NCBI GenBank assembly: GCA_001275005.1
Contig: JWZX01003142.1
Location: 1-34,615 of the forward strand
DNA from: Chrysochromulina tobinii
Taxonomy: Eukaryota
Direction of reading: 5' to 3'
DNA: 34,615 bases
The notes under the pieces are model-generated. The model was given only the letters and a program-made list of their open reading frames with translations, searched no databases and was not told the origin of the DNA. Position 1 is the stretch's first letter. Each line of letters begins with the position of its first letter. A program made the position numbers and the translations under genes. Positions 32,701-34,615 of the stretch are shown one piece after another.

Positions 32701-34615
32701 GAGCAATCAGGCCGTCTATGTGGTCACGCGCACGTACCTCGACAGCAACGGTGTGCGGAAATTTGATACTGATGTTTGGCGAATCTTCAGCGAGGTCAAG
32801 GGCGACGCGCTCTTTCATAACACCGCGCTCTCGCTGATCGTCGAGTATTATAAGGCACGGTTCCCACTCCGTCAGGTGCACGTCTTCACCGACGGATGTC
32901 GAGGCCAATACAAGGGCAAGCGAAATTTCTATCGCATCGCCTGCTTCCCATCCGAGCACCGTTTGGCGATCAACATGTTGGCTAAGGACCCTATGGTGAT
33001 CAACGAGTCGCTGGACGAGTTGTTAACCGACCCGACCCCCGACCCCCGGCACCGCGGTGCCCGCCGCAGCGCTCGCCATCGCACCCGTTGACCCCCCTGT
33101 CGCCCGCGCCCGCGCCGTCGCCCCCGCCTGCGCCATTGCCCCCGCCGTCGCCCCCGTTGCCCTTCCCTCTAGGGGCCGCAAGCGCACGGCGCCGGATGAG
33201 CCCGATGCCCCTGAGGATTCGCACATCACCGAGCGTGATGGTGTGCGAATCCTCCACCATTTTGCCACGAGCCATCACTTTAAAGGCCCGCATGATGCCT
33301 ATGGCAAGGACCCAAAATTCCTTGGCCGGATGGCAGAGCGCCACCAGCGTGTGCGCCTGGCAACAACCCGGGACCTCTACAACTTTTGTGTCGAGACGAT
33401 GCCGGAGCCCAAGAAGCTGACGGCCAAGCAGATCATCGCCCCGATGCCCATCAGGCCACCAGCTGAGCTCGCACGCCTCCCACCCGAGCAACTGCCGGAG
33501 CATCTTCGCCTGCAGCAACCGACTTGGGCGGAGGCGCTGAAGGTGGCTGAGGCTGCTGGTGCTCAAGAGCGGGACTCCACCGTAGCCTCAGGCGAGGAGG
33601 AGTGCGAGGCTTGCGAGGCGGATGAGGGTTGCGAGGAGGGCAAGACGGAGGTCGAGTCGGAGCCAGAGGAGCCAGAGGAGGTGGAGCCAGAGGAGGCGGA
33701 GGTGGAGCGGCTGGAGGCGGCCTCGGACAGCGAGGCGGAGGAGGATGGCGCGGGCGATCTCGTATTCGAGTTCGACGAGAACGGCGGTCGGATTCGGCCA
33801 GAGGAGGAGGCAGCGCACATGGCGGAGGAGGAGGCAGAGATGGAGACGCGCGGCGCTGTTGTCGAGCAGCCATCAGCAAGCCGCCGCCGCCGCCGCCGCT
33901 CCCGTCAGGTCGAGATCCTGCAGCAGGCGGCCGGACAGGAGCATACTACACAGGGCGAGACGCGCACCGAGCAGCAGGGGCAGCGTGCTCAGGGCATTTT
34001 TACAGCGCAGAAGTACTTTTGGATGTACTTCGCCCCAGGGCCGAACAGCGGTCTGCAGATCGTGAAGCCAGGCGAGCGTGCAGGGCCAGGACAGTGCCAT
34101 GCAATCCTCGACGCGGCCGCCAACCTTGATGCTGACTCGGTGACGGCGAGCAATGAGACTTACGAGTACGCGGGTATTGACGCGAGCCAGCCCGAGATGC
34201 TGTACACGAAGACGTTCACGTGCGCCGCGAGCTGCTGCCGAGATCGCTCATCCATCTCCCTCGACTCGCGTGCGTGCCCCTTTCTCGCCTTCACGGGTCG
34301 CTGGCAGCAGCAGACGGTGCACGCGATGCACGGGGTGACTCGCGTTGCTGCCGAAAAGTGGCTGCGAGCGAGTTTGCCAAACGCATGAAGGTTGATCATC
34401 TGTACGCTGTCTTTGGCAGCTACAAGGAGTTGGGTGATCGGCCGTATTGGCTGCTCTGGTGCATCCAGCTTCCCTATCAGGCACCAAAGGCGCCGAACAA
34501 CCTCAAGGCGCAGGATGGCTCGACCATCCGAGGCGGCACGTGGATCTTTGATGCATACTTCTTCGAATCGACCTCAGCAGATCAGCAGCGGCGGAGCTAC
34601 AAGCTGCTCGATGGC
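29771..34615 (+). mobile_element. Large DDD-type transposase gene, Sola (Sola2-like) DNA transposon; over 1,600 aa, two frameshifts (~33045, ~34355), runs off the window
   Basis: Candidate catalytic triad ISTDFSAQF (D 32639), VHVFTDGCRGQYKGK (D 32891) and HHFATSHHFKGPHDAYG (D 33294), matching the DF.../SDG..QYK/FATSHGKG..D pattern I associate with Sola2 transposases; Cys-rich clusters upstream; element termini not identified. Confidence 0.7.
30515..30679 (+). repeat. 63-bp coding tandem repeat (~2.6 copies) encoding 21-aa coiled-coil units SERHRxETESLREEIAxQHEQ
   Basis: Units start at 30515, 30578 and 30641. Confidence 0.92.

Overview
GC-rich, gene-dense, intron-poor eukaryotic nuclear DNA, most likely from a haptophyte alga (Chrysochromulina-like; inferred from the gene set, GC content and 10-bp intronic repeats, not proven). 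From left to right it carries: the 3' part of an ATM/Tel1 kinase; mitochondrial ribosomal protein mL41; a PDZ/polyproline protein; a PP2C phosphatase with an AEKAA-repeat stalk; a bacterial-type malate:quinone oxidoreductase (MQO) with a mitochondrial-type leader and two canonical C-terminal EF-hands; eukaryotic glutathione synthetase; a probable plastid-targeted unknown protein; a ~2,700-aa IQ-motif protein with tandem SelW/Rdx-like domains, head-to-head with centrin; a glycosyltransferase-like membrane protein; RPL31, whose start codon is split by an intron and whose second intron holds three hairpin repeats; and a large Sola-like DDD transposase that runs off the window. Six single-base frameshifts, mostly at short homopolymers and in both directions, interrupt otherwise intact genes and are probably assembly errors. 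The best leads are (1) a putative Ca2+-regulated MQO whose architecture parallels mitochondrial glycerol-3-phosphate dehydrogenase, and (2) introns that visibly contain duplicated exon ends plus 10-bp CTGA repeats, which suggests intron birth by tandem duplication.
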